A DNA stretch of 64,000 bases from Octopus vulgaris (taxonomy: Eukaryota): the NCBI GenBank assembly GCA_951406725.2, contig OX597839.1, forward strand, positions 19,406,001-19,470,000, in the 5' to 3' direction. Each line of letters starts with the position of its first letter. Within the stretch, counting starts at the first letter, position 1. A program made the translations under genes and the position numbers. Shown in pieces: positions 24,575 through 39,223 of the stretch. The notes below the pieces were generated by a model. That model was not told where the DNA came from and did not search any database. It saw only the letters and a list, made by a program, of their open reading frames with translations.

Positions 24575-24741
<167 letters not shown>

Positions 24742-25099
24742 ACGCACACATGACAATATTATTTTAAAAGGCCAACGATTTTCATATTTCGTGCTTTTAA
24801 TGGTCAATATAATTGAATATATATTCCCAGAGTGCATGACCACACACCAATTGCTCTAAATGACTATTTCACTTCTGTTTTCACCCCATGCCTTACACAC
24901 ACACACACATCTATATAGCTGAAGTGACATTATGCACGCAATGCTTGCCTTCAGTTGCGAGCACTTGTTTGTTTTTCTTCCTGGTGCGTACGGCGAGTTG
25001 TGACCTTAAGCAAGTCATTTCATTTCACGGGGTTCCAATGAATTGAACTGAAATATGTACCTGACCAGAGCTGGTGTAGCTCTCTCTCTTCCACCAGCT

Positions 25100-25725
25100 C
25101 TAACATCCTTGTTGCTCTGGTCGGTGACGTATGGGAACTACGAGAGGACAATATCTGTTCGTATCCATATTCGGCTCATCCTTCTCTACTCTCCAGCGCA
25201 TTTGGCACCAAGTTCACGTCCCTGATTTCTGTTGGTTGCAATTTTCTCTGACCCGGACATGTGATATTGGCCTCTACCAAGTCAGTTGCGAATGTTCTGA
25301 ACCATGTAATTTTCAGTCATCCTACCTTTCTTTTACGCTCCAGAGGTTTCCATTTCAAAGCTGTTTTAGAATGGTATTCTTCTGAAAATGTATCCTGAAA
25401 ATTCTATTTTTTGTTTCGTGATGATTTCACCAAGTAGTCATGTGTTGACCTTCTTTAGCATGTCTTCATCGGTTAAGGAGTTTTGCCAGTACATTCCCAG
25501 AATTCTTCCCAGGACACTCTCATGTCGTTTATCCATATTCCCTGCTACATACTTTTCAGTTTCCCTCTTCTTTTCCATTCCATAGCCATCCATTTCAAAG
25601 CTGAATTAGAATGGTGTTGCTTTAGTAAGCCAGTGTATGTAACCTGCAAGGTTTGATCTTCATTCTGAGAAGATTTCACTAAGTGGTCTTGCGTTGGCTT
25701 TCTTCAGAAATATATATTCAATTAT
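25100..25725 (-). pseudogene. Highly decayed RTE-like LINE remnant
   Basis: The minus strand resembles the RTE C-terminal region (tatggatgg/gctatggaa.., ctgggaagaattctgggaatgtactgg, comparable to LRRILGIYW), with many frameshifts. Confidence 0.4.
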
Positions 25726-25934
25726 AACGGTTCGGCAATAGAGACCGATAGAATAAGTACTAGGCATACAAAGAATAAGTCCTGGGGTCAACCTCTGCGA
25801 CTAAAGGCGGTACTACTGCATGGTCGCGATCAGATGACCGAAACAAATAAAAGAATATAATAATACACATATACGTGTGTATGTGTGTGTGTGCGTGCGT
25901 GCGTGCGTGTGTGTATGTATGTGTGAGTATGGGA

Positions 25935-26212
25935 TCGACCAGACTCCTCCCTAAATTCCAGGCCTTGTGCCTACAGTAGAAGGGGTTATTATTATGATAA
26001 AGGTGACGTGCTGGTAGAATTGTTAGCACGAAGAGGAAACTGCTTTGCCGCATTTCGTCCGTCTTTACGTTCTGAGTTCGAATTTCGCCGAGGTCGTCTT
26101 CGTGTTTTATCCTTTCGGGGTCGATAAAGTGAGAACTGGTGGCTAACCGGGGGGTCGAGGTGGTCAACTAGACTCCTCCCGCGAAATTCCTGGCCTTGTG
26201 CCAAAATTTGAA
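25935..26212 (+). mobile_element. Family C SINE (decayed)
   Basis: gctggtagaattgttagcacg..tacgttctgagttcgaattt..ttttatcctttcggggtcgataaa. Confidence 0.7.
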
Positions 26213-26480
26213 GCCAAACTTTCTTTAACATTTACCGGTTTACTAATAGTCTCATGCCATTTCCTTCGGGGAATCGAGGGTATTCGAACACGCATGCAAA
26301 AATACATACAACCAGATATGTAATCATATACGTTTATATATGTGTGTGCATGCATACATATTCGTACATAGATATATTTGTGTATATGTATTTATGTGTG
26401 TGTATACTTGTGTGTATATATATATGTATATATATTCACATATGTATTCATACATGCATGTACCTATTGTGTATATATAC

Positions 26481-26541
<61 letters not shown>

Positions 26542-26774
26542 CATATATATATAGATATATACATATATATATATGTATGTATATATACATATATATTTGT
26601 ATATATGTATATGTTTATATAATTATATGTGTGTACAGGTATATATATATATATATATACATGTATATATATATATATATGTAAATATATATGTATATAT
26701 ACATTTATATATTCACATTGTGTATACAAACATGCACGTACATATGTACATGTTATGTGTATGTGTGTGTTTGT

Positions 26775-26829
<55 letters not shown>

Positions 26830-27446
26830 TTCACAGGCAAATACACACATACATAATCTAATATCCATATGTGTGTATATATGTACATATGTACATATGT
26901 ATGTATGTACGAGGGAATATGCATCTATTTATCTATAATTACATATACATATACACGTTCACATATATGCCTCCAGGAATTGGCGTCCATGTTTCCTGAT
27001 TACATGTTCGCTTTATTCTCTGCCCAAATCCGAATCAATGCTCACCACGGTTGGTGCCATTCACCATTGAAGAATAACACCAAGAGAAACAGTAGTTGGA
27101 GAGACAATTTTTTGCGATTCTATTCTATGTCCCTGTCTGGCTGTCCGGTTTGACTACTAGCCCAGCGGCACTTTTATTGAGGCAGAATATTATCCGGTAT
27201 TACATAGGAATGTAATGTATGGAGCGCCACGGTAATATCTGTAGGATAGCCATGTCTTTTTTATTGCTGTTGTTGTTCCTTGTTCTTATTCGGTTTTTCT
27301 CAATGGCGATATCATTACTGGTTGTTATTTTAACTCATTACCGCAAGGTATCAAGTCGTCACTTCTACATAAATTCCGAAAGTAAGAACGTACACATATT
27401 TTGACATACACACACACATTCACACACACACACAACAAACGGTGCA

Positions 27447-27498
<52 letters not shown>

Positions 27499-27607
27499 TA
27501 GGTATCTTTGTATGTATGCATGTGTGTATATATATATATACACACACTTAGAGGGAGAGAGAAGGGGTAATGTACAAACACACATATATACATAGATTAG
27601 ATTTATA

Positions 27608-27673
<66 letters not shown>

Positions 27674-27724
27674 TCTGTGAATATTTTTAATTTGCTCTAT
27701 CCTTCTGTTCATGTTTGAATGTGT

Positions 27725-27790
<66 letters not shown>

Positions 27791-28662
27791 CTCTCTATAT
27801 ATATATGTGTGTGTGTGTGTGTGCGTGTGTGTGTGTGTGTGTGCGTGTGTATGTGTGTGCGTGTGTATGTGTGTGCTCGTGTGTGTTAATGTATACATAT
27901 ATGTATGTGTATATATATATATGTATATATATATATACATAGAGAGAGAGATAGAGAGAAAGAGTGAGCGAGAGATGCATATATATGCGCGTGTGTATAT
28001 GTGTATATTATATACACACACCAGACACACACATACGCATATACATAATTATTCATATGACTGAATGTGCGTATGTGTGTGTGTTTCTTTATGCGTGAGT
28101 GCATGTGTGTGTGGGTGCGTGTTCGAGATTTAACACGATTTAAACCTTCGGCTAATTAGAAGATATTGCCGATGAAAGAAATGAAACTCGAGGACCGTGG
28201 CATAAAAACTGTAACAGAAACACCTACACACACGCAGAAATATGTATATATATATATATATATACCCACCCATACACAATTTTGTGTGTGCCTGTGAAGA
28301 TGTGTATGAATATGCCAGACCAAAAAGAAATATAATTATTCAAAGGAATTTTATAATTTCGTTCGCCATAAATCATTTTCTTTTAGATGACAAACCGTAA
28401 AAAGTTCTGCTCATATCATAAACCATTTTTAGAAATAATAATATTTCCAGGTTCTTCCTTGTTATGTTATATTAGTCAATTAGTACAGGATAAGTTTTGA
28501 TATTCGCCATTAAGATTATGGCTTCATAAGCCTATGCGCAGCTCGCTTATACATTTGTAAATATGCAAATATATACACATATGTAGGCATGCACGGGCGT
28601 GGCTGTTGTGTGGCAAGAAACTTGCTTCCCAACTACATAGTTCCTGGTTCAGTCCCTCAAGC

Positions 28663-28706
<44 letters not shown>

Positions 28707-28831
28707 CACGCAGACATATACATTAGTATATATATATATATATATATATGTATACATTAGGATATATATATATATATTTCTTTATTGCCCACAGGGGGCT
28801 AAACACAGAGATGACAAACAAGGACAGACAA

Positions 28832-28867
<36 letters not shown>

Positions 28868-28869
<2 letters not shown>

Positions 28870-29049
28870 TTAATCCAAACATGAAAGCACAAAAAAACAC
28901 AACAACGCGAGGACGTGGAACAAATATAGTATTATTGGACGCTCAGGAAAGAAAGAAAGAAGAAGGGTTTAACGTTTCGAGCGGAGCTCTTCGTCGGAAA
29001 CATAGGAGAAGGAAAGATCCGGAGAAGGGAAGACAGAGGAAAAAAAATC

Positions 29050-29052
<3 letters not shown>
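28868..29052 (-). mobile_element. Penelope/retrozyme-like small element, second copy
   Basis: Homologous to 20255-20460 and lies between TA tracts. Confidence 0.7.
28967..29001 (-). ncRNA. Hammerhead motif variant (U4C)
   Basis: GUUU-CCGACGA-A-GAGC ucc GCUC-GAAAC-GUU-AAAC. Confidence 0.55.
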
Positions 29053-29102
<50 letters not shown>

Positions 29103-29107
<5 letters not shown>

Positions 29108-29806
29108 TGAGGGTACTACTATTCGTAGATACCAACACGCTAAGAGGGACCAATGCAGTCAAAACTACTAAAAATACTACGAATAGTAGTACCCTCAATA
29201 TAATATAAATGAATATTTTCAAAGAGGAAGAATTTACGGATTTTTTCTCTTACGAGGTTTTTCACGCTGACTACTGATAATTTCTTTTAAAGATTTTATC
29301 CTCAATTGTTAATTTATATTTTTCACCGGAATAGTTCAATACTGAATTTTTATTCCGACTAGACAATTTATTACCGAAATGCATTGCGAATAAGCCCGCC
29401 ATTTTCATAGATATGTAAAGATAAACATTCGTACATGCTACGACGAATTCTACGGTTGGCTATCGAGCTTGTAATGTTATGTTTTCTCTTATATTTCTTG
29501 AGTTTGTTGCACTGATGAACATGAAATGCATATTCTGCATTAAATGCGAAATCACATGTGATATGTAACTGAATTCTTTTTTTAAAATGACGTGTTTTGA
29601 AGTTTTGCATTCGGTAAAATTTTGTTTATTTTTAGTAGTTTTGACCGCATTGGTCCCTCTTAGCGTGTTGGTATCTACGAATAGTAGTACCCTCAATATA
29701 ATATAAATGAATATTTTCAAAGAGGAAGAATTTACGGATTTTTTCTCTTACGAGGTTTTTCACGCTGACTACTGATTATTTCTTTTAAAGATTTTATCCT
29801 CAATTG

Positions 29807-29808
<2 letters not shown>
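29103..29808 (+). mobile_element. Penelope-like element with terminal direct repeat and inverted 5' segment
   Basis: 29178-29310 is repeated at 29677-29808 (~499-bp period). 29103-29173 is the reverse complement of ~29630-29700. Flanked by (TA)n. Confidence 0.7.
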
Positions 29809-29844
<36 letters not shown>

Positions 29845-29847
<3 letters not shown>

Positions 29848-30340
29848 GCTGAAGATCAATGAAAAGGAAAATAAGTTGAACTACTAAGAAATCTGCAGTT
29901 GCTCTATCTAGATTACAAGTACAGGTTTATACCTGTGAGTCTTGTGGCCCCCGGGATATGCAATACACTGCCTAAATACCAATCTTGAGAAATTAAGCTT
30001 CTCAAAATTAGAAAGGAGAAAGCTGATTCGAAAATTATAGATCCAATCCATCACTGGAACTGTAAAAATCTGTAAAACCCTCCAGAAGTTTATCATTTAA
30101 ATATATATTGAGCATGTCTAGATATGCAAGTATATGCATGATAATACATACATGAAACATACAAATCTGCACATATACCTACATGCATGCATACATATAT
30201 ACATACATACGTATATGCATGCATACAAACAAAAATACCCTGTTGCTGTTGAAATTCCAATGAAGGAGATTTGGATCTAGGTTAGAAACCGGCTCTTTTT
30301 CTATTGGCAAGAATTCTTGAAATAAAACAGAACAATGATA
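29845..30340 (+). pseudogene. RLE-type non-LTR retrotransposon 3' fragment ending in (ATAC)n
   Basis: Decayed KLKINEKEN..ELLRNLQLLYLDYKYRFIPV..LEKLSFSKLERRKLIRKL.IQSITGTVKICKTLQKFII*, then a 3' UTR and CATA repeats. Confidence 0.6.
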
Positions 30341-30439
30341 TACATACATACATACATACATACATACATACATACATACATACATACATACATACATACA
30401 GACAGACAGACATATACATACACGCTTACATACATATAT

Positions 30440-30670
30440 ATTTCTTTACTACCCACAAGGGGCTAAACACAGAGGGGACAAACAAGGACGGACAAAGGGA
30501 TTAAGTCGATTACATCGACCCCAGTGCGTAACTGGTACTTAATTTATCGACCCCGAAAGGATGATAGGCAAAGTCAACCTCGGCGGAATTCGAACTCAGA
30601 ACGTAACGGCAGGCAAAAAACCGCTAAGCATTTCGCCCGGCGTGCTAACGTTTCTGCCAGTTCGCCGCCT
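30440..30670 (-). mobile_element. Full-length tRNA-derived SINE, family C (Meta/Nin-like central domain)
   Basis: Reverse complement reads ggcggcgaactggcagaaacgttagcacgccgggcgaaatgcttagcgg..gagttcgaattccgccgaggttgactttgcctatcatcctttcggggtcgataaattaagtaccag. Confidence 0.85.
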
Positions 30671-30680
30671 AATATATACA

Positions 30681-31120
30681 TCTCTCTATATATAAACGGC
30701 AGTTTGTCTGTGTGTGTTTCTGTGTGTCTGTCAGGTTGTACCCTCACCCTGACCACGGCTTTCAACCGATTCTGATGAAACTTGACACACACATAGCCCA
30801 ATGTCATAATTCAAAACTAACGCAGCGAAAATTTTGAAAAGTTCCCCCAGTTCTGAAAAAAATCGATAAATTCGACAAGGGGTCGAGAATCTAAGCTTTT
30901 TATATGCAACACATTTTCTGTCTAGGGGACACAATTCGACCTTTTTATCGCCCAAAGCGACAGCTAGGAACATCGTGTACACAGAAGTATTCGAGTGAAG
31001 AGAAGACATTGCAACCTACACATGCGCCTTCGTTCCCTAGAGGGAAAGGACTAGATTGGGATTAGTCGTTGCCTACTATGGACTCTTACATACCCGGGCA
31101 ACGCCGGGCTATGCTGCTAG
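30681..31120 (+). mobile_element. Non-autonomous Helitron (short copy)
   Basis: A|TC..TCTATATATAAACGGC 5' end, subterminal hairpin CCCGG-gcaacg-CCGGG (31093-31108), 3' CTAG|T, no target-site duplication. Confidence 0.85.
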
Positions 31121-31984
31121 TACATATATACATGCATACATACATACATACATATATACATACATATACACACACGCGCATAAATACATATGTGTCTATT
31201 AACGAATGTATCTGACTGACCACTGAAGTAAGAACAGGTCTACGGAACTTAAATTCCACATATTATATTCTCTATTACATATGTCCACTCGACTAGTTCC
31301 TACATATAATTTCAGAAAAAGCCACCATCACCATCACACCCCACCACCACCACCACCACCACCACCACCACCACCACCACCACCGTCAACAACAACAACA
31401 ACAACAACAACAACCAATCATTTTAAAACGAGTATGACAATGTTATTAACTATTGATGGTTTCATGTGTTTCCTTCTATTAAACATAATATTGATAATAT
31501 TGCCATCGACACTCTCTCTTACACAATGATTTGATGATCAGTGGTGACATCTGGTGTAGCTAGGTATTGTTATTACGTCTGTTTGTTCTTTAATATCAAT
31601 GCGTTAAGTAGTTGTACGCAAGAGCGTTGCCTATCTTTCTTCTCTTTCATCAGTTGAACGTTTACAAATGGCGGCTTTTACTATTCGCTACCTGTTATTT
31701 ATGGCCGTCACATTCACCTCTCTCTCTCGCTCTCTCTCTACTTCTGTTTCGATGTGTGTGTATGCTTGTCTGTGTATGACAGAGTGTTCCTACACAAACA
31801 TAATCTGACGTAGTCATACACGCACTCTGTCATACACTTATGTAAAAACACACGCATATGAATACAAACACACATATACAATCACACACAGGATTACTTA
31901 CATGCATATGTAATTACGAACGCACATCTCTATTATAACTGGCGTCAGATTAAATCTACCTATCTGCCTGTCTGTCTATATGTA

Positions 31985-32065
<81 letters not shown>

Positions 32066-32091
32066 GCCTATATGTATGTCTATCTATCTAT

Positions 32092-32155
<64 letters not shown>

Positions 32156-32193
32156 TATGTTTTTATCTATATACACACAAACGTACATACAGG

Positions 32194-32248
<55 letters not shown>

Positions 32249-32303
32249 AGAGAGAGTATGTATGTTTCTATCTATATATACACAAACGTACATACGGGTA
32301 ATC

Positions 32304-32334
<31 letters not shown>

Positions 32335-32429
32335 TATATATATATGTATATATGTATGTATGTATATATACGTATATATATATATGATTATGCACATATA
32401 TACGCTTATACACATGGATGGACATAAGC

Positions 32430-32487
<58 letters not shown>

Positions 32488-32892
32488 TATATATGCAAAT
32501 ATATACGTGTGTGTGTGAGAGTATTCATATAAACACAAAAACAAAGCTAGATTTTAGACTCATGAAAGTATAATTTAAATATACCCATAAATATATGCGA
32601 AAATACAAGTTCATTTTAATACATTCACTTACACATACACATTTGTATACCTGTATGTTCACATTATCACATTAATGTATATTTATGTATGTATGTATCA
32701 ATTTCTCTGTCTCTTTTTCTCACTCTCACTCTCACTCTCTCTCTATATATATATATATATGTATACATAATGTATGTATATTTGTATTGATATATATTTG
32801 TATATAAGCATAGGGATAAGTGTGAGCGTATAATATACATGCAGAAACACTCACTCATACATGTATATATATATATCTGTATATATAAATAA

Positions 32893-32976
<84 letters not shown>

Positions 32977-33522
32977 TTTTACATATATCTTCAGATAAAG
33001 TTGACGACGCGGCGCCCGTCTGTCTGAGGCAAATTGTCTTAAACAGTTTCTGAAGAGAGTAATAACGAAGAATTATTGAATTTTGCAAAAAGCCTTAAAT
33101 TAAACAATGATAAACCGTCTTGGAGAAAATAAATAATTCTTTGAGAGATCTAAAGAACTATAATATTTAATCATGTGATAGTTAGAGAGGGCGAGATGGA
33201 GAGCAAGAAGAATGGAGAGGGTGAGAGACGTTACTGTATTAGTTAAACAAGTAGTATGATAGACAATGATAACGTATGGAAGAGCATGAGGGCTGTAATG
33301 GTGATGGGTGGATTGATTTCGAATAAGCGTGAGAGAAAGAAAGAGAGAGGAAACGTGTGAGAGAGAGAGAGAGAGAGAGAGAAGAGTTATTATAAAGAGA
33401 ATTTATTAAGTTGCACGAGGTGAACGGGTGAGAATATCGAAGAGATTCGGACGATGCGTAAGAAAGAGTGAGATGTGAGAAAGAGAGAGAGAGAGAGACA
33501 GAGGGAGAGAAATGGAAAGGGG

Positions 33523-33555
<33 letters not shown>

Positions 33556-33689
33556 AAGAGAAAGGGTGATTGATTGTATGTATGGATGGATGTACATAAA
33601 TGTACGGAAATATATAAGTATGCACGTGTGTAAGTATGTATGTATGTAATGATGTATGTGTGAATGTATACACGTATGTATGAATCTAG

Positions 33690-33808
33690 ATATGTATGGA
33701 TGCATGTATGTGTGTATGTATGTATGTTTGTATGTATGGATGGATGTATGGATGTGTGCATGTATGTATGTATGTGTGTATGTATGTATGTGTGTATGTA
33801 TGTATGTA

Positions 33809-33842
<34 letters not shown>

Positions 33843-33970
33843 CATGTATGTATGTATGTGTGTGTGTCTGTGTATGTATGTGTGTATGTATGTATGTATG
33901 TATGTATGTGTGTATGTATGTATGTATGTGTGTGTGTGTGTATGTATGTATGTGTGTATGTATGTATGTA

Positions 33971-34001
<31 letters not shown>

Positions 34002-34372
34002 ATGTATGTATGTATGTGTGTGTGTGTATGTATGTATGTGTGTATGTATGTATGTATGTATGTGTGTGTGTGTATGTATGTATGTGTGTATGTATGTATG
34101 TATGTATGTATGTGTGTGTGTGTGTGTGTATGTATGTGTGTGTGTGTATGTATGTATGTATGTATGTATGTATGTATGTGTGTATGTATGTATGTATGTA
34201 TGTATGTATGTGTGTGTGTCTGTATGTATGTATGTATGTATGTATGTGTGTATGTATGTATGTATGTATGTATGTATGTGTGTGTGTATGTATGTATGTA
34301 TGTATGTATGTATGTATGTATGTATGTGTGTATGTATGTATGTATGTATGTGTGTATGTATGTATGTATGTA

Positions 34373-34405
<33 letters not shown>

Positions 34406-34556
34406 GTATGTATGTATGTGTGTATGTGTGTGTGTATGTATGTATGTATGTATGTATGTGTATGTGTGTATGTATGTATGTGTGCATGTATGTATGTATG
34501 TATGTATGTATGTGTGTATGTATGTATGTATGTATGTATGTATGTATGTATGTATG
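33690..34556. repeat. (TATG)n/(TG)n compound microsatellite, ~870 bp
   Basis: Direct inspection. Confidence 0.95.
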
Positions 34557-34734
34557 AGGGAGACTTCATGTACATGCATGAAAGAGAAGAGCAGAGTACG
34601 ATTAATAGAGAGAGAGAGCGCTAGAGAGAAAGGGTATGAGAAAGAATCAGAGAACGTGAGAGACAGAGAGAGGGACAGAAAGAGAGAGAGAGAGAGAGAG
34701 AAGAAAGATAGAAAGGGTGATTGTTCATATCGTT

Positions 34735-35550
34735 GCTATTATGCAAAACTGTCGTAAGTCCAAAACATTGCTTTTTTCAGAAAATGAAAAAAAATAGTTT
34801 TACCCTTCCATTTCTTTCGACATTAACAACAGTTTCAGCTTAACGGTAATACAGCTTCGGCAGCCGGGGGTGTTTGTCTCCCCTTCGTAAATGTATATAA
34901 GGACACAGGGAAAAATGTGTCAAAGCCATCAGGAGGCGTTCGATGCTTCCTAAGGCTATACAGCGGTGGTGTACCCCCTACTGTCACGTTCTTGTTAGAT
35001 TGACAGTATACAACCATTCTATCGCCCCACCACCGTACATGTCTCTACGAGAGATTTAGAAATTCAATATTTCTTATTGTGATAATACTTTGTTGGGTGT
35101 ATAGTATTGTAACTCCATGCATGTATGGTATTTTCAGTCAGAAATATTTTGGCAAAACTGTCGTATGTGGGACTTACTACACTTTTGAAAAATGCTAAAC
35201 CGTTGTACTTCTACACTTTTGACAATTTTCATATCTTGGCATCTGAAGAAGCTGGAGATACGACAGTTTGACCAAAAGAACTGGCTATTGTAAGCAAAAT
35301 TAAATATTGAAGTTCTTGTTGACAAACAACAGCAGTAATTTTATTCAGCTGAATACACGTCATTGATTGGTTGAAATTACCGAAATACTACAACTTTAAC
35401 AAGAAATAACTTCCAAAATACAGAATTTTCTCAACAACACCAAGAGAAAAAGATGTTTTATGTGACTCATTCTACCAGTATACAAAGTTTGAAAGTTTTT
35501 AGTTACAAAGAATTATTTTTTAAATCTGTCGGTCAAAAAGTAAAGGTTCG
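34735..35550. mobile_element. Probable non-autonomous DNA transposon remnant (unclassified)
   Basis: Non-coding, microsatellite-free block with the motif gcaaaactgtcgta repeated (34743, 35152). No paired terminal inverted repeats were identified. Confidence 0.3.
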
Positions 35551-35711
35551 CCGATCAATGCACTATCTTTCCTTAACAGAGAAGGAAGGCAAATTTTCCT
35601 CTGCTTACTGACGATGTGATCGACTCATCCGCTGCGCCAAAACGGCTGCCCTTGTGGCAAAATTTGAAGCCATTATTATTATTATTATGATCATTATTAT
35701 TATTATACTCT

Positions 35712-35922
35712 TTGCTCTTTTACTTGTTTCAGTCATTTGACTGCGGCCATGCTGGAGCACCACCTTTAGTCGAGCAAATCGACCCCGGGACTTATTCTTT
35801 GTAAGCCCAGTACTTATTCTATCGGGCTCTTTTTGCCGAACCGCTAAGTGACGGGGACGTAAACACACCAGCATCGGTTGTCAAGTGATGGTGGGGGGAC
35901 AAACACAGACACACAAACATAT

Positions 35923-35982
<60 letters not shown>

Positions 35983-36969
35983 ATATATAAACGGCAGTTT
36001 GTCTGTCTGTGTGTCTGTGTGTCTGTCAGGTTGTACCCTCACCCTGACCACGGCTTTCAACCGATTCTGATGAAACTTGACACACACATAGCCCAATGTC
36101 ATAATTCAAAACTAACGCAGCGAAAGTTTTGAAAAGCTCCTCCAGTTCTGAAAAAAAAATCGATAAATTCGACATGGGTCGAGAATCTAAGCTTTTTATA
36201 TGCAACACACTTTCTACAGACTATCTAGGGGACGCAACTCGACCTTTTTAACTCTCGGAACACGTGGGGTAAGTATCCCAAAATGTATAAAATTGTACAA
36301 AAACGGCAAAAAAGCGGGCAGCAATGTGAGTGACAACAACGAAAAAGTCAAAAGTGACCAAACTGAACAAACGAATGGAAAAATTTTTTTGATGTACACC
36401 ACAAAAGCGGTTTATAATAAACCAAGAGTTTGCAAGTAGCGTCCGAGAACCCTTAGGGTACGTCAAAAATTTAAGGTAAAACGTTTGGAGTGGTAGTTAT
36501 AAAGAAAGTGTAAACAAAAAAAGTATTCGAATAACTTGCGGCTGCAGCAGCTATTAGCAGAAGTGGCGGTGTTGGGGGTAAAGTCTCGAATGTAATTTCT
36601 TCCTGGTAGGAATTGGTTGGGTTGAATTATCGATAGCTGTTTGATAGTTATTTGGGAGTGAAGAGAAGACATTGCAACCTACACATGCGCCTTCGTTCCC
36701 TAGAGGGAAAGGACTAGATTGGGATTAGTCGTTGCCTACTAGGGGCTCTTACATACCCGGGCAACGCCGGGCTATGCTGCTAGTATATATATATATACAT
36801 ATATACGACAGGCTTCTTTCAGTTTCTGTCTACCAAATCCACTCACAAGGCATTGGTCGGCCCGAGGCTATAGCAGAAGACACTTGCCCAAGATGCCACG
36901 CAGTGGGACTGAACCCAGAACTATGTGGTTGGTAAACAAGCTACTTACCACACAGTCACTCCTGCGCCT
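35712..36969 (-). mobile_element. Family A SINE interrupted by a Helitron
   Basis: 3' half at 35712-35920 and 5' half at 36803-36969. Confidence 0.85.
35980..36783 (+). mobile_element. Non-autonomous Helitron (long copy)
   Basis: A|TCTATATATAAACGGC..CCCGG-gcaacg-CCGGG..CTAG|T. Ends match 30681-31120. Confidence 0.88.
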
Positions 36970-36970
36970 A

Positions 36971-37014
<44 letters not shown>

Positions 37015-37381
37015 ATTATTATTATTATTAACAACATCATGAAAAGAAACCCAATAAAGGGATTACGTGATGAAAGGGCTCTGCACTCTAAAGCTGTCGA
37101 ATTTACGTGTAAAGAAAAATTAAATAAACTCAAATGCACTGTAAAATGGATTACTGGATTATCTTATATATTACAACACCGGGCCACGTGTCTGGGTATG
37201 CGCGCGCGCGACATTGCTCTCTCTCTCTCTCTCTCTTGCTCTTTCTCTCTCTCACACACCCACATATACATATATACTTTTCACTTATGCTAGTTTAAAG
37301 ATTGAGATCTCGGCCATACTGGGGCACCGCCACTTTCATCGCTCTCTCTCTCTCTCTCTACATTTATAAGTGTGTAAGTTC

Positions 37382-37413
<32 letters not shown>

Positions 37414-37494
37414 AAGTTTCTGTGTCTGTAGATGCGTGTAAGTGTGTCTGTGAACGTGTGGGTTGGTGTAATTCAACGCATGTAGGAGAATCTA

Positions 37495-37665
37495 TTTCTT
37501 TATTGCCCACAAGGGGCTAAACATAGAGGGGACAAACAAAGGGATAAAGTCGATTACATCGACCCCAGTACGTAACTGGTACTTTGTTTATCGACCCCGC
37601 AAGGATGAAAGGCAAAGTCGACCTCGGCGGAATTTGAACTCAGAACGTAACGGCAGACGAAATAT
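37495..37665 (-). mobile_element. Family C SINE (partial)
   Basis: Matches 30440-30670. Confidence 0.78.
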
Positions 37666-37867
37666 AGGTACGTATCACTCTCCGCCTCTGTCTCTTTCTC
37701 CACACACACACACACACACACACAACACAGGCAAAATATAGACAAGCAGTTAATGGTTAATGCTTAAAAGGTTCAAACTTAGACTCCGATTCCACTGGGT
37801 AAACAATGGCTATAAGAAGGGCTTGAGTTGAGCGGATACTTAATTCGGGAATCCGCCTAATTGCCTA

Positions 37868-38080
37868 CTCTTTTACTTGTTTCAGTCCTTTTTGACTGCG
37901 GCCATGCTGGAGCACCGCCTTTGATCGAGCAATTCGACCCCGGGACTTATTTTTTTGTAAGCCCAGTACTTATTCTATCGGTCTCTTTTGCCGAACCGCT
38001 AAGTAACGGGGACATAAACACACCAGCATCGGTTGTCAAGCAATGCTAGGGGGACAAACACAGACACACAAACACACACA

Positions 38081-38124
<44 letters not shown>

Positions 38125-38280
38125 TATGATGGGCTTCTTTCAGTTTTCATCTACCAAATCCACTCACAAGGCTTTGGTCGGCCCGAGCCTATAGTAGAAG
38201 ACACTTGCTCAAGGTGGGACTGAACCCGGAACCATGTAGTTGGTAAACAAGCTACTTACCACACAGCCACTCCTGCGCCT
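37868..38280 (-). mobile_element. Family A SINE
   Basis: Matches 10065-10457. An oppositely oriented 3' half follows at ~38365-38590. Confidence 0.85.
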
Positions 38281-38284
38281 ACGC

Positions 38285-38331
<47 letters not shown>

Positions 38332-38667
38332 GTATATATATATATATATATATAAATATTCATCTGTGTTTGTCTTCCTGTGTCAGTGTTTGACCCCCAC
38401 CACTATCGCTCGACAACCCATGTTGATGTGTTTACGTCCCCGTATCTTAGCGGTTCGGCAAAAGAAAACGATACAATAATTACTAGGATTACAAAGAATA
38501 AGTCCTGGTGTCGATTTCTTCGACTAAAACACCTTTTAATGCGGTGTTCCAGCATGGCCGCAGTCAAATAACTGAAACTAGTAAAAGAATAAACGTATGA
38601 ACTTGAACACACACGCTCACACACATACATACATACATACATACATACATACATACATACATACATA

Positions 38668-38793
38668 CACTGCCATCTTCTCCCACGCAGAATGTAACTG
38701 TAAGCCTCTGCGAAGCTGTCTACTTTGAATGAATCGTAGCAACCACTGCAACATCTGTTCGAGAGGCTGTAACTCTGACTATGATGGTGCATG
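38668..38793 (-). mobile_element. ~125-bp retroposon 3' end with (GTAT)n tail
   Basis: Reverse complement of 41599-41726; abuts a CATA microsatellite. Confidence 0.6.
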
Positions 38794-39088
38794 CGATTGG
38801 GAAAGGGGTGGAAGGTGTTAGTTATTAATCGCCAACAAGGATTAGTCTAAATTTTAATGTACAGGAAGTATGATTAATTATCGTATGAGCGTGTGTGCGT
38901 GTTTATATGTGTATACATAAATAAACACACACACACACATACATACATACATACATACATACATACATACATACATACATACATACATACATACATACAT
39001 ACATACATACACACACACATACATACATATATATATATACATACATACATACATATATATATACATACATACATAAATATACACATAC

Positions 39089-39123
<35 letters not shown>

Positions 39124-39124
39124 C

Positions 39125-39157
<33 letters not shown>

Positions 39158-39182
39158 CATACATATATATATACATACATAC

Positions 39183-39223
<41 letters not shown>

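Noticed and set aside
30252-30300. CCAATGA..GAAACCGGCTC in the RLE LINE 3' UTR
   Set aside because: The core box is doubly mutated and stems I and III are unconvincing in this copy.
30765-30785. CTGATGA in both Helitron copies
   Set aside because: It is immediately followed by AAC with no stem II or GAAA arrangement; a chance match.
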